NCBI RefSeq assembly: GCF_009914755.1
Contig: NC_060931.1
Length of the DNA: 64,000 nt
Origin: the human T2T-CHM13v2.0 reference genome, Homo sapiens
Direction: 5' to 3' (one strand)
In this document: positions 63,276 through 64,000 of the stretch, piece by piece
How positions within the stretch are numbered: the stretch's first letter is position 1
Layout: the number at the start of each line of letters is the position of its first letter
The notes under the pieces: model-generated
Seen by the model: the letters and a program-made list of their open reading frames with translations, nothing else
Database searches by the model: none
Told to the model about the DNA's origin: nothing
Position numbers and translations under genes: made by a program

Positions 63276-63681
63276 CTAGGAGGAAAATACACACATATGA
63301 CTTATTAACTCCCAACAACTGTAAATAAAATGTCAAGCAGGCAATTTCATATTCTCATCATATGTCCTATGTTTACAAGATGCTTCTTTAAAACACTCTG
63401 CTCTAAAGCTTGGGAAACTGGTCTCCAAGGAGGGAAAGTGAAATGCATGGCACCCCAGCTCTTTACGTTCTGAGAACACAATGAGCAAAAAAGTTGTGTG
63501 TGGAAAATGCCATCAGAGTCTTCTCTGCACCCCACTGTCCAGAGGAAATTCACTGGAATCTGAAACATCATAAATTATACAAAACTGACCTCTACCTTTT
63601 TAAAAAAACATGTTTCTAATTTGTCAGTAGTATTATCATCATGTCCTGGCAATCTAGGCTCAGAGCCCCTACCCTTCCCAG

Positions 63682-63840
63682 GCCAGCCGTGGTGGCCCAA
63701 ACCTGCAAGTCCCAGGTACTCAGGAGGCTGAGGTAGGAGGATCCCTTGAGCCCAGGAGCTTGTCTGCAATGTGCTACAACCATGCCTGTGATTAGTGCTG
63801 CACCCTAGTCTGGACAACATAATGAGACTCCATAAAATAA
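63682..63840 (+). mobile_element. FAM monomer
   Basis: FAM-like gcctgtga...ctgcac segment; a similar copy lies at about 43510-43650. Confidence 0.65.
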
Positions 63841-64000
63841 AGTAACAAAATATAAACTAAAATAAAATTCACTCTTCCCTTTTGCTTTTCTCTTTTGGCC
63901 CAAACCAGCTAAGAGACACCTTTCCTTACATGGCTCCTCTCCGTACCATCATCTCCCACCTTCACCCAGATAGGGATCCCTCTTACAATTCTCCAGGTAG

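Overview
Human (primate) genomic DNA covering most of ESYT2 (extended synaptotagmin-2, an ER-plasma membrane tether and lipid-transfer protein; from memory at 7q36.3) on the minus strand. I traced 19 GT-AG coding exons (numbered 2-20 by my count, 2069 nt, phases all consistent). They encode the SMP domain, C2A, C2B, the Ser/Pro-rich linker and most of C2C, and include the 63-nt cassette exon. Exon 1 and the last exons lie outside the window. The introns hold about 30 Alu/FLAM/FAM copies, L1 remnants, a near full-length Tigger1 with nested insertions, MADE1 MITEs, LTRs and many tandem repeats. The most unusual feature is an inverted, about 87%-identical copy of part of exon 18 (6065-6225) in the upstream intron, fused to a 5'-truncated FAM element. 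It predicts a long exon-intron dsRNA stem whose loop holds the exon's 3' splice site and which has A:C mismatches at recoding positions. Other leads are a 68-bp VNTR carrying AG|GTGAGT in 8 of its 9 units, a stop-free 495-nt circularisable exon block, a candidate microexon and a 2-kb nearly AG-free mosaic repeat. Repeat family names and boundaries come from recalled consensus sequences and are approximate.
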